A DNA stretch of 64,000 nt from Carcharhinus amblyrhynchos (lineage: Eukaryota): NCBI GenBank assembly GCA_965287045.1, contig OZ336889.1, positions 7,812,001-7,876,000 on the forward strand. The letters run 5' to 3'. A program made the position numbers and the translations under genes. The notes beneath the pieces were generated by a model. The model saw only the letters and a program-made list of their open reading frames with translations, was not told the origin of the DNA and did not search any database. This document shows, one piece after another, positions 38,985 to 50,391 of the stretch. How positions within the stretch are numbered: the stretch's first letter is position 1; every line of letters begins with the position of its first letter.

Positions 38985-39366
38985 TCCAGCAACTTGCATG
39001 ATCAATTCCTTCCTGGGACGCCGGCTGCTTCTGTCTCACATATTTATTAAGAATCTGACAAACCCAATCCTCAACCGAACCGTACTTTGGCCAGAAGACG
39101 GACGGACTCCTGATTGGTTCCTTCACCCAAACAAAACACAATATTTCATCATTGTCGTCTTGTTTTTATCCCTAGTACTAGTGCCCAAACCTTCCAACAT
39201 CCTTCCCAACGGACTTTCTGGAGGGATGTTCCCTGGGGCCCCACCCTTCTTCCAACATCCGTCCCAAAGGACTTTCTGGAGGGATGTTCCCTGGGGCCCC
39301 ACCCTTTCTCCGCGGATTCCCAGCACCTTTCCCGGGGGACTTTGTCCTACTACCCCCACTTCCCAT
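38985..39366 (-). pseudogene. gag: ERV gag 5' remnant (matrix), frameshifted
   Basis: Starts MGSGGS (myristoylation consensus MGxxxS). IPPESPLGRMLE...MMKYC and, in another frame, SVFWPKYGSVEDWVCQILNKYV resemble the matrix of HERV-I-like gags. Confidence 0.75.
39191..39306. repeat. 58-bp tandem duplication inside gag
   Basis: Two copies of cttccaacatcc(t/g)tcccaa(c/a)ggactttctggagggatgttccctggggccccaccctt, at 39191-39248 and 39249-39306. Confidence 0.9.
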
Positions 39367-39614
39367 GGTTTACCTACCACGACCCGGTCGCCAAGGCAAT
39401 ACTTAAAAGTCACTTTTCTTACCTTGGTCCGCAGTGTTGCCCGACCACACGACGGTGCCTATCGTTTCCCACTTACTCGTTCAGAACAACTTTCCTAGGA
39501 TTCTCAACAGTCAGTGGCAGAGAAGTCCACCGATGAACACCTGGGACCATTCAATTTGGAACGGGACGCATCTTCCCAGTTGTCACCGGCAACCTCCCTA
39601 CCAGGGATGTTAGG

Positions 39615-39632
39615 ATCCCGGACGAGCCCCCA
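39615..39632 (-). other. ERV primer-binding site, tRNA-Pro
   Basis: TGGGGGCTCGTCCGGGAT is the canonical 18-nt tRNA-Pro PBS (as in MLV), 2 nt from the 5' LTR. Confidence 0.95.
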
Positions 39633-39634
39633 AT

Positions 39635-40060
39635 TGTGAGAAACACAGCTCACAGTTAAACAATTTAGTCAAGTCAAGTTCTGAAGGAGCAAGATTTTAT
39701 TTGTCGTTCTTGCAAGACCGGGTGTCTAGTCAAAATAGGCACACCTTACATAGATTTGCAGCACATTTTATACTGTTTTTCAAACATTGTGATGGCTTGT
39801 ATTGTGTTATTCCCCCTTATTTGGCTGTTAACCTTGTTAACTTTAAACACTGTAAATGGCTTGTATTGTGTCATTCCTTCAATTAACACTCTCTCAACTC
39901 CCATTTTGCGCTTAATCTCATCACTGTGGTTATCTGTTTCGTGTAACCTAGTTAACTGTCTGTCATGTGCCTCCCCCTTTCTGTATGCTGCTGAACTCGT
40001 CCATCACTGCTGATTGTACTGTTGGCTCTTGCAGCCTTAAAAATTACACTACTTCTCACA
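39635..40060 (-). repeat. ERV 5' LTR (426 bp)
   Basis: TG...CA ends, adjacent to the PBS. TATAAA on the - strand at 39767-39772. ORF-track translations are identical to those in the 3' LTR. Confidence 0.95.
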
Positions 40061-43000
40061 AGTACTTCCTATAATATGACTATAACTGCACACAGTGCTC
40101 TAGCTGTGGCCTCATCAAAGTTCAATAGAACTCCAATATGAATACCTGCTTTTGTAATCTATGGCTCAATTGATAAAGGCTCTTTTACCTTCAGAGATCT
40201 GTGGACAAACAAACTAAGGTCCCTTTGTTCCACAGAACTTCCTAATGTTATGCCGTTTAACAAATTTTGTCAAATTACTCCTTCCGAAGTGTATACCCCT
40301 CACTTTGCAGGATTAAATTCCATCTGCAACTTATCTGCTCACTTGGCCATTCCGTCTGTATCTTGTAGCTCAAGACGCAGCCTCACCTGGCCAATCTTTG
40401 TGTCATCTACAAACTTTGTTATCCTACCCACTACATTGTCATCTATGTCATTCGTATAAATGGCAAATAATAGGGCACCCAACATTGATCCCTGTGGTAT
40501 GCCACTGGACACTGGCTTCCAGTCACTAAAGTAGTCTTCTGTCATCATCCTCTGTCTCCTACAACAGAGCCAATTTTGAATCCATTGTATCAGATTACCC
40601 TGTATCCCATGCACATTTGCCACCTTTATAAGTCTCCCACGTGGGAACTTGTCAAAGTCTTTGCTGAAACTCGTGTAAACTACATTAACTGCACTACCCT
40701 CATCACCACCTCAAAAAGTTGAATCACGTTTGTTAGGCATGACCTCCCTCTGATAAAGCCATATTGACTGTTGCTGATCAAGCCTTGCCTTTCCAAATGG
40801 CGATAGATGCTCTCCTTCAGAATTTTCTCCAGTAGTTTCCTGATGATGTGACACTCACAGATCTGTAGTTCCCTGGCTTATCTCTACAACCCTTCTTAAA
40901 TAACAAAGCCACATTAGCTGTTCACCAATCCTCTGACACCTTCCCCCATGGTGTGGAGATGCGTTTACTATCAACTAAACCTGTTGGACCTCCCCCCCAT
41001 GGCAGGGGGAATGAAAAATTTGGGTCAGAGCATCTATAATCTCCTCCCTTGTCTCCCACAGCAGCCTGGGACACAATTCATTTGGCCCTGGAAATTTGTC
41101 CACTATTATGGCTGCCAGCACCTTCAGTACCTTGTCCTTCCCTATGTCAATTTGCTCAAGAACCTCAGTTTCCCTCCCTGAATTCCACATCATCTTCATC
41201 CTCCTTGGGTGAAAATGGATGTGAAGTATTCATTCAATAGTCTATCAATGTCCTCTGGCTCCACCCACAGATTGCACCTTTGGTCCCTGAATTTGTTAAC
41301 ATTTATTCTCAAAACAGCTGTCTCATTTTATCACCTGGTTGCTAGCACTTTGCACATTCCCAATTTTGTGGATAGGCTGTGCTGTAATCTTCATTTGAAA
41401 GCAATTTTTGAAACAAATATGGAAATGGACAAAAAGAAACATACGGAAGGAATTGAATAAAACTTGTTTTTTTTCCTGTGGAGCGATGATATCCTAAACT
41501 TTAAATTGTGAAGTGAAAGAAATAATTTCAAGCTAAGTAATCCAAAACTACAAGCAAAGTAATCCAATGGTATTAATTTGTATTTAGATTTATCCTGCTG
41601 CTCTTTTGGGCTGTTCAGAACACTAACTAAGGTTTAAAGAATATGAACACTTCACAAGTCATTTTATAAGCACATTTCAGACTAGCTTCATAACTAGAAA
41701 TTTGAATCCTTGTTGAAAAGTGTTTGGCAACACAGCAAAGATTATTGTCAGTTATTATCCCAGCTGCCATCCTTCCCACGTACTTGCTCATCCTCCTATT
41801 GGCATTGGATGTGTCTGGAGGAATGTTTGCCATTGAAGAGCTCACCAAGTATGTAATGTATTCTTTTTAAAGCTCTTGGAACTGCCATTTTTTGATCACT
41901 TGGGTTAAAGCATAGCTCTTCAGCCTGCCAAATTTGACAAACTCCAGTGTCAGTAGTCTTGTTTCATTTAACAGCATATAGTTAGTGGTGCCATGAGGCT
42001 GATAAATGTTAAGCTGAATATAACACTGAAATATGAATATTACTAAGGGAAGACCACCTGGAGCTTTGCACAGATACAAGCCAAACTCGCTCTTCCCAAC
42101 AGCTGCCACATTTTGTCATCTGGTTGCGAGCATTTTGCATGTTGATAGTTTTGTGGATGATTAGTGCTGTAATATGTAGTGGAATCATGGTCAAAATCTA
42201 CAATTATTTTTATCCTCTGCTCCTCCACTAAACAGTTAGAATTACAACCTCTATCATCTTGCCAGCCCTGCTATACCAAAAAGTTACTTCTCCAGTTCCA
42301 GAAATGCAACTAGTGCATTCCCAAGATCATTAAGCACCCAAACATTTGGTTTTCTTCTCTGCTGTAACTCCAATGAATTGTTCTTCAATTCACTTAAGAA
42401 CAGATTGTGCCACCCTTCCCTCACCAATTTTTCTGACCTCTCCCCCTGCTTGCACTGTTCCTATATGATGCATGTACTATGATGACCATACCAATCAAAC
42501 TAATCATCCTCAGTGGAAATGACCATGCATTATTCTGGTTGGAATGGGCTTTTAGCTGATCTCTCCTCTTTGTTCTCTTTCCCCATCTTCTCTTCACCCC
42601 CCCCCCCCCCCCCCACCTTCCTCTGTCCCCATGAGAAAGTTAAATGCGTTTCTGTTTTGTTTTTTATTGTATTAACACGTGACACACAAACAGTTCAGTA
42701 TATGATTGTGACTAATAGAAACGTGCCTTTTCTCCATTACATTTCTGTACCAAATTTAGTATTCCGTGTTGATCATTGCACAATCTGACATGTCAATGGA
42801 TCCAATGAACTTCTCTTTTGTTGGAAATAAGTGATTGGCTAAATTAACAGTGAAACATTCGTGAACAGTTCCCAGTTTATGTGAATCAACCTAATGTATG
42901 AATGCAGGATGGTTACCCAGTTCAGGGGACTGTTTCTTTTGGGCACATGGAGTTAATCACTGCAGAGGAGGAATAAAAGACTTAAAGCAAAAAATGGCTG

Positions 43001-44815
43001 TGACGGTGATTAAGCAGCAAATATTGTCCCATTTGATTTATCCTGCTTGGTTTTGTTCACAGAATCAGCAGCACAACCACGATGCCTGTGCCAGCTCTCT
43101 ACAAGAGCTTTCGACTTGGTTCTACCTCCCTGTCCTTTGTTTGTTAAAGATGTTTGTTTTCTGTTAATATTTGTCTGCCTCCCTTTCTCAAAAAATACTT
43201 TAGATCAGCTTCTAGCACTGTTTTCTGGGAAATCATTTCAGCTCCAAATTGTTAAAATAATGCTGACCTCTCACTTCATTCATTTGCTAATGACTTTGCA
43301 TTTGTGTTCACTTCTACAAACATTAGCAGTTAAATTGTGTTTTCCCTATTTTACTTTAACAAAATGTCTTAATTTTGAATGCTTGTATCAGGTTTCCTTA
43401 ACCTCATTTCAATGAAAGCAAACAATCAGTTTAGCATTACACCTTGACCTTTATATTCTGTGCCAACAGTTATAAACATGAGAATCCGTGTTTGTTTCCA
43501 ACATATTTTCAACTAATCCTTTCAATTTAAAAGTTTTGTACATTTTAATCCACAAGCCTCCTTGATCCTTTGCTTCTTCCTTTTCCTATATGGTGCATAT
43601 TTTGTTGGCTTTTACTTCTTTAAAAAGTTAACGACATAATTTTCATCTGATATTTATCTGCATTAACTTGTCTGTCCTTTTTGAGCTTGTTTATCTTAAC
43701 AGTTAAGTAACTAAATTTTCTCCAGCTAATATTCATAATCTGCATGTGTACTGAGAAGAACAATATTTTAATGGTTACCCCTAAGAGAGACCACTCGTTA
43801 CATCCCTGCAGTTTGAAAAGCACACATTAACCATAACTTTTGTTCTTCAAGTAACTTCCTGTAAGTTGGTCAGACATGATTTGCCTTTCACAAGTCATGC
43901 TTGGCTAACTTTTAATTAATCTGTGCTTTCCAGGTTTTTAAGTTTAGTCTATGCTATTACATATTGAAAGATACCGACTCTTTTACAGTTGATTAGAATA
44001 TTTCTACTGCTTTGGACAATGTTAAAATTGGCCATCTTTCAGATTTATTACATAACTTCCATACGTTCAGGAGATGGAAAGACTGTGGTCAGAGCTGGTA
44101 CCATTACTCCTCTAATTTCACTTGGCGCTGTCGGCTGCTGACAGGACGTGGGTGTCTTTTCCACTGAACTTCACCAATTTTCTGACTTCCCTGTCTCCAG
44201 TTATCCAATCTAATTGCTGAAACTCCTCCTCTTGTATCTTTTAATTGCTAATGCTGCATTCCATTCCATTAAAACCGAAGCAAATGCTCAGTCAGGATTT
44301 CTGCCATCCCTTTTATTTTTAATAAGATTTGCTTTTTTAATGTTTAACTGGGCTGGTGTTTTTTGTTCTTTGTGTTCAAAAATTTCTTTACTGCCTCCCT
44401 TTATTACTTTCCAGCCTTTGTGTTTGTGCTCCAATCTCCCATTCTTTTACCCCTCCATTTTCTATATTTCACAAAGTTTTCTTCTGCACTAATATGATAT
44501 GATATGCTTCTTCGTTTCCCCAGATGTCACTTTAATTTTCGTTACCTTACTTATTCAAGGAATGCCACCCAAATAGTGAATGTTCGATAACCAAGAATTT
44601 TTAGCTCCCAGTTATGCCATAGGCTAAACAATACATGTTAACCCTATTTGTTATACCTCACCCTATTCATAGTAATTGGCCATTTTTGTTCACCAGTTTT
44701 AACCATAATATATCTTAAACTTTTTATATACATGGAACTATCTATTTTCATGCATTGAGAATGGTGGCGAGTTCAGTTAATGAACACGAATTAAATGTCA
44801 TTACTGTCTTCTCAG

Positions 44816-44943
44816 GCTATGAACTGCTGTACCAGCCTGATGTGGTTCGACTCTACTTGTCCTTGCTCACTGAAAGTCGTAATTACAACACGTTGGAAGC
44901 TGCAGCAGGTGCTCTACAGAACCTCAGCGCAGGACAGTGGACG
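44816..44943 (+). CDS. ARVCF: ARVCF coding exon (128 bp), armadillo repeat
   Basis: Acceptor tgtcttctcag|, donor |gtgggt. Translates GYELLYQPDVVRLYLSLLTESRNYNTLEAAAGALQNLSAGQWT, near-identical to ARVCF as I recall it. Confidence 0.95.
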
Positions 44944-45479
44944 GTGGGTTTAGTAATACAAGTACAACTGAAATGTCATTGGATGTTTTACAATTTTGAA
45001 TGGAAGTTCCAATTGACAAGCTCTCTTTCTCCACTCTCCCTCCAAATGATGATTTCTCTGTCGAGGCAGCCAAATTGTATCAGTACTTCAGTTGATGGGA
45101 GTGTTTTCCAAAAGTAATTTCTGACTAGCCACAATAGTGGCTTATGAGGTTGCACTGTTTTAACCATGTGCACTGATATTATTAGAAACCTCATCTGTAT
45201 GTTCTCTCAGTACAGAAAAATATATTTCACGTAACGATAACCAAGGAAGCATTGATCAAAGGTTGTTTTTTGTTTTAACATTATATGACATATGCATGCT
45301 CATACAAATGTGTACTGAGAATCCATTTTCAATGATGGTGAATATTTATTTACTAAACAAATTCAGTTATCAATACCTGGGTTCCCATGTGGCAAGTGGC
45401 TATTGTTTAAGGCAATACTCATCTAAAATCCTTTCTTTGCAAGAAGGGGTGTGGAAGAAGCACCTTCCAAACATGAGAC

Positions 45480-45745
45480 CTCAAATCATTACAGACAAAG
45501 GGAGCACATGCACGCGAAACCACCACCTGCAGTTTCCTCTCCAAGCCGTGCATCATCCTGACTTGGAATTATATTGCTGGATCAAAATCCTGGCAGTCCA
45601 TTCCTAACAGCACTATGGGGCATACTGACACCACACGGACAGCTGCAGTTCAAGAAGATGGCTCAGCACCACCTTCTTGAAGACGATTGGGGACGGCAAT
45701 AAATGCTGGTCCTGTTAGCAATATCTATATCTCATGAAAGAATTT
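45480..45745 (+). mobile_element. Old LINE (CR1/L2 group) 3' end
   Basis: caaaatcctgg...cctaacagcact...cagttcaagaagatggctcagcaccaccttcttgaa...ggcaataaatgctgg is a typical LINE C-terminus and 3' UTR. Confidence 0.55.
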
Positions 45746-45754
45746 TAAAAATGC

Positions 45755-46058
45755 AGTTTCACCAGCTGAGCACTACTGCCCCTCAGCGTCAGGGACCCAG
45801 ATTTGATTCTGGGCTTGGGTCACTGTGTGGAGTTTGCACATTCTCCACATGTCTGCGTGGGTTTCATCCAGGTGCTCCAGTTTCCTCCCACAGTCCAAAG
45901 ATATGTGAGTTAGGTGGATTGCCTGTGCTAAATTTCCCCTTTTAGTGTCAGGGGGACTAGCTAGGATAAATGCATGGGGCAAAAGGGATAGGGCTGGGAC
46001 TGTGGTTGGTGCAGACTCGGTGGTCAAATGGCCGTCTTCTGCACTGTAGCATTCTATG
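45755..46058 (+). mobile_element. HE1-like V-SINE
   Basis: Same head, V-domain and tail as 2183-2487. Confidence 0.85.
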
Positions 46059-47124
46059 GTGAAGTGCGTTGTAGTAAGCTTATAAATGTTGTTGGAGCTG
46101 TACGCATTTCATTGACTTGCTGAAGCTCGGCAAAGCTTCAGGGGAACTGAAGAACTCCAAGAAGGAGTTCATATAGACTGTAGCGAATCCTGTGAAAAAA
46201 GGCAGGTCACTCTGCCTTTTAAGTGTTTAAGGGGTTTCATACAGCACCAATTATAACCAACATGTGCTTTAGATATATGCTGTAAGATGTACAAGAATTT
46301 TTGGTTCCTCAACAAATTGCAAATTGTTCAATGTCCTGTGCTATATTACACAGCTGCAAAGCACCTTTTGGATACAGCGGTTACGTGCTTGCACTGCATA
46401 AAGGAGCAGTCAGAAAGAGCTTAGTGGGTAGGTGGGGAAATAAAGAAGTTGGTTTGCGTAGTAATTTTTTTAAAGTCGCTTTCAGTCCTGATTAAGTGGT
46501 CATTGTACTGTCCTGAGAGCAAAATGTAAATTATAATGGAAAAGAGAGGAAAATAGTTGACTGTCAACTGCATAAACATGTTCATGTGTGGAAATATATG
46601 AACCTTTATTTCTATTTTTTTCAGCGAGTACAAAATATAACTGAAATATTTTGGCATGTGTTATATAAAGAAATATCCACTTCTGAGATCAAATGTTAGA
46701 ATTGAGAATTTTTTTATAAATCTCATGATTACGCTGAATTGAAATTTAGTAAATATTGGAACTTCAATTGCTTTAAAAATGCACAGCAGATCAGCAATAT
46801 CTGAAACAAAACTGTGTTACCTGGAACTTAGTCCAGGTCAGAGAAACAGTCAGGTCTAAAATATGAGCTCTTTCTGGAATCCCACTGGACCTTGTTTGCT
46901 TTCTTTTTTGTTCAATTTTAATGGTAGGGGTTTACTGAGTTTGATGAGGTACTGAATTAACGTGCGCAGTTGAAGCAGATTATCTTGCCAATGATTGTCA
47001 GTATTTTAATTTTAAAAGTTTAATTTTTTTCGAGGGTATATGGTGATTTGCTCTTCAAATTATTTTCTACCTAATTCTGAGGGTTCCACCTATGTGGGCT
47101 GAGACATTTTATAACTTTACAATA

Positions 47125-47410
47125 AAGTAAAAAGTTTGTTTATTAGTCACAAGTAAGGCTTATATTAACACTGAAATGAAGTTACTGTGAAATTCCCCAA
47201 GTCGCCACACTTCGGCGCCTGTTCTGGAGCGTGCACCTGACCAGCAAGCCTTTCAGACAATGGGAGGAAATCGGAGCACTTGGAGGAAACCCATGCTGGT
47301 ACGGGGAGAACGTGCAAACTCCAAACAGACAGTGACCCAAGCCAGGGATCGAACCCGGGTCCCTGATGCTGAGAGGCAACGGTGCTAACCACTGTGCCAT
47401 CGTGCTGCCC
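47125..47410 (-). mobile_element. V-SINE, full length (alternative-tail subfamily)
   Basis: The minus strand starts gggcagcacgatggcacagtggttagcacc (A box) and contains gggttcgatccc (B box), the V-domain, and the tail ...gcttacttgtgactaataaac. Confidence 0.88.
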
Positions 47411-47568
47411 ATTTTCCTTTGCAATCTAAATTTTTTTTAGAGTGTCATTAAATAATCAATCCTGATAAACTGATTATATTTCATGTACTAATAAAATAAA
47501 CACTTCGGGAGAGAATTCAGCTTCTCTGTGCACTGATATGAGTTTGATCATTTTTCTTGTGTTTGCAG

Positions 47569-47719
47569 TGGTCCAGTTACATTCGTTCAACTGTGCGTAA
47601 AGAGAAAGGCCTCCCAATATTGGTAGAACTGCTGAGATCAGACTCTGATAAGGTTGTACGAGCTGTGGCAATCGCATTGCGAAATCTTTCTGTAGATGGG
47701 CGCAATAAGGATCTCATTG
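47569..47719 (+). CDS. ARVCF: ARVCF coding exon (151 bp), armadillo repeat
   Basis: Acceptor tttttcttgtgtttgcag|, donor |gtaaag. Translates [50 protein letters not shown](G). Confidence 0.95.
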
Positions 47720-49274
47720 GTAAAGTACCAAAGTTTTTTTGATCTTTAATTTTTGTATAGTGTGTCCTCTTGATTTGTGTTACCCAGTGGTGGTGGTTAT
47801 GGCAAACAGTGGATCCTCGTCCAGAAGGCACTCATTGAAATTCTAGTCTCAACTGTCAACTTGGTCCTTGTGTCTCAGTTTTGTTGATTTTTATTTAGTC
47901 TGTTGAATGGCCTGCGTTATTGTGAAGCTTGTGGCAGAAGAAAACTGTTGTGATCTGTCTCATCCTGTCCAAGCTCTCATCTGGTGACAGGATGGCACGA
48001 TCAATGGCTTTGGAAGTCCTTAGTATATATTGTTACTCACAACTGAGTGAGGCAGTGTGCCAGCAAGAACCAGCTGAGGGTGGTATTGACAGAACCAGTT
48101 GGCTTCTGCAGTTTCTAATGCCAAGAAGGAGGTGGTGGCCTGTGATTCTTTATTTCTCCTCTTTAGAATTAAGAAGCTGCTTGCTACATAGCAAACCAGT
48201 TAGTGACCAAAATTCCCCAATTCTGAATTCAACTTTGGGGTTTAAAACAGCAAAGCAAATCAATCAACAGGGGGGAATATTGCAGTTTTTAATTTTGTGT
48301 ACTCAGTTGCCCACCTCAATTTGTTTTTATTTTTTCCAAGTGTCAAAATTTATTCTCAGGATCTCTTAGTCCACCTTAAATAACGATCAATGATAAACTC
48401 TCTGTAGATCCATAGCGTTCTGTGCAGAATTGTCATACCTTGGGATTAGTAGCGTTTGGTCAATCTCACTCCTTTTAAACTGTATCGTTGATTTTTTTTT
48501 TAAATATAAAAAAACTGACAACTATGATTTTATCATTATTTTGTGTTGCCTTGAAGGAGTATACTCTCCCTGAGCACAATGTTGCTACCATTAGCATAAA
48601 CTGTACATGAATAACGTGACAAATCAGAGCTGTATTAAGAATCTAGTCATATTTTGGTATGCCACCAGCACTGAAGCAGCACAAAATGTTTCATTTTCTT
48701 TAGGTTTCACAAATTTCAGAGACCCCAATTACCATTTTAAAACAACTTTGGATCTATTGGCTAATTGAATCTTAGGCTATTAAGTTTACTGAAAATAAAT
48801 TCAAAACAGATTTGTTCCGCCTAATCAGTGCTGAAGAAAGGAAAACCTGACAATTTTGGCATCAGATGTCAGAATAGAGCATCATCAAGACAGTTTAGAG
48901 TTCTGTTTAATGAAGTTCCTTAACCTCCTGAAGGCCATTCTGCCATCTCAAATTGCATCACTGTAATTTTCCCATTTCACACACAGACCATTTGTTTAAC
49001 CTTTTTGGGAATATGAATGTGTTCCAACAGAGAGAACTTAGAACATGGACTGAATCTAATCAAATTCAGTTTACTCAACTTGCTGAACCAACTGAGAGCC
49101 CAGACCTTTGCATTCCACTCATTTCAGAGAATCTAGAACTACGATACCTTGTTAACTTCATGGGTCAGCCTCTGATGGTGAAAGTGCCATTGAGATCGAC
49201 TCCAGGGTAAACAACAAGTAGTGCTAGTGAATACTTCACCTACTACATGATGTCAAAGATCAACAGCTACCGTA

Positions 49275-49545
49275 GTTTAAGTTTAAATTTTATTAGTGTC
49301 ACATGTAGCTTACATTAACACTGCAATGAAGTCAGTGAAAATTTCCGAGTCACCACACTCTGATGGGGACACTGAGGGAGAATTTGGCATGACTAATGCA
49401 CCTAGCAAGCGCATCTGTGGGAGGAAATCGGAGCACCATGCAGACACGGGGAGGATGCACAGACTCCACACAGTGACCCAAGACCAGAATCAAACCTGGA
49501 TCCTTGGTGTTGTGAAGCAGCAGTGCTAATCTCTGTACCTCCCCA
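49275..49545 (-). mobile_element. V-SINE (alternative-tail subfamily), diverged
   Basis: Similar along its length to 47125-47410. Confidence 0.8.
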
Positions 49546-50198
49546 AGTGGCAAAAATCTACACCCAATGGTTTAGAGCAACACTGGGGTATTAACTGACC
49601 TGCAACGAGAATACAAGGGCGAAGACAGGTGAGAAATTGTAGGTTCACGTACCTGCGAAAAGAAAATCAACAAACTTGGAGGAAAAAAAGACATTTAAGG
49701 CTGTAGAAAATCACTGCTATGCACAATTAATGTTCTGAATATGGTTTTCAGTTAAGTCAATTGAAATGGCACCCTAAGATATATATTAGTCTTAAATTCA
49801 GTTGCAGACAATTAAAATTTTCGATTCTTGGTTTCAAAGAACTGCAGATTGTGAAATTAGTTTTTTTCAAGAACATTAACAGCTCATTGGAATGTTACAG
49901 CTGTTAATTTTTGTGATTCAGCAGAAGATTTGTGTTGTCAATTCACAAAGCCTTCTCAACTAGATTTTAAAAGTGATGTATCAGTGTAAAGACATCACAT
50001 CTAGCAATACAAAATGGGGGTATGTTTATCATCAACTGCGAAAAGACACTTACTGAGAAATATGTGGTAGCAATAAATTGTTAGCTCAGTTTCATTACAG
50101 TGAAATCCAATCCATTTTGCTGTCTTGTCATTCCTGCAAAGTATGTTCATTAAACAGGTTTTCATGGTTGAATATTCTGCCTCCATGCTTTATTGCAG

Positions 50199-50391
50199 GT
50201 AATTATGCTATGCATGATCTGGTAAGCAATCTGACGGGTGGTCAACAAAGACCAGCCAAGAACCTTGAAGAAGACACTATAGTCGCAATACTCAACACTA
50301 TCCATGAAATTGTTACTGACAGTTCATCGAATGCCAGATCCCTGATTCAAGCACAGGGCATTGAGAAGCTTGTGGCAATCAACAAATCCAG
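50199..50391 (+). CDS. ARVCF: ARVCF coding exon (193 bp), armadillo repeat
   Basis: Acceptor ctttattgcag|, donor |gtgaac. Translates GNYAMHDLVSNLTGGQQRPAKNLEEDTIVAILNTIHEIVTDSSSNARSLIQAQGIEKLVAINKS(S). Confidence 0.95.

Larger units (their letters stand above)
34376..40060 (-). mobile_element. Endogenous retrovirus (class I, HERV-I-like), internally deleted provirus antisense to ARVCF
   Basis: Two 426-bp TG...CA LTRs and a 4-bp TSD AGTA (34372-34375 and 40061-40064). tRNA-Pro PBS, PPT, and gag, RT, IN and env remnants are present. Confidence 0.95.
33350..41290 (-). mobile_element. Host CR1 LINE split into three pieces (33350-33560, 34225-34375, 40061-41290) by Penelope and ERV insertions
   Basis: The CR1 3' UTR lies at 33350. 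The sequence ctgcaccccctccagta|...|agtacttcctataat is continuous across the ERV. RT motifs GIPQGSMLGALLFAIY and KFVDDTKIG lie at 40339-40623. Confidence 0.8.

Noticed and set aside
44755-45117. Single-exon ORFs as given in the ORF track (also 47557, 50078, 52700, 55824)
   Set aside because: These are ARVCF exons with intronic read-through on either side. The real boundaries are set by the splice sites.
47300-47410. tRNA gene
   Set aside because: The A and B boxes belong to the head of a V-SINE, and there is no complete cloverleaf.
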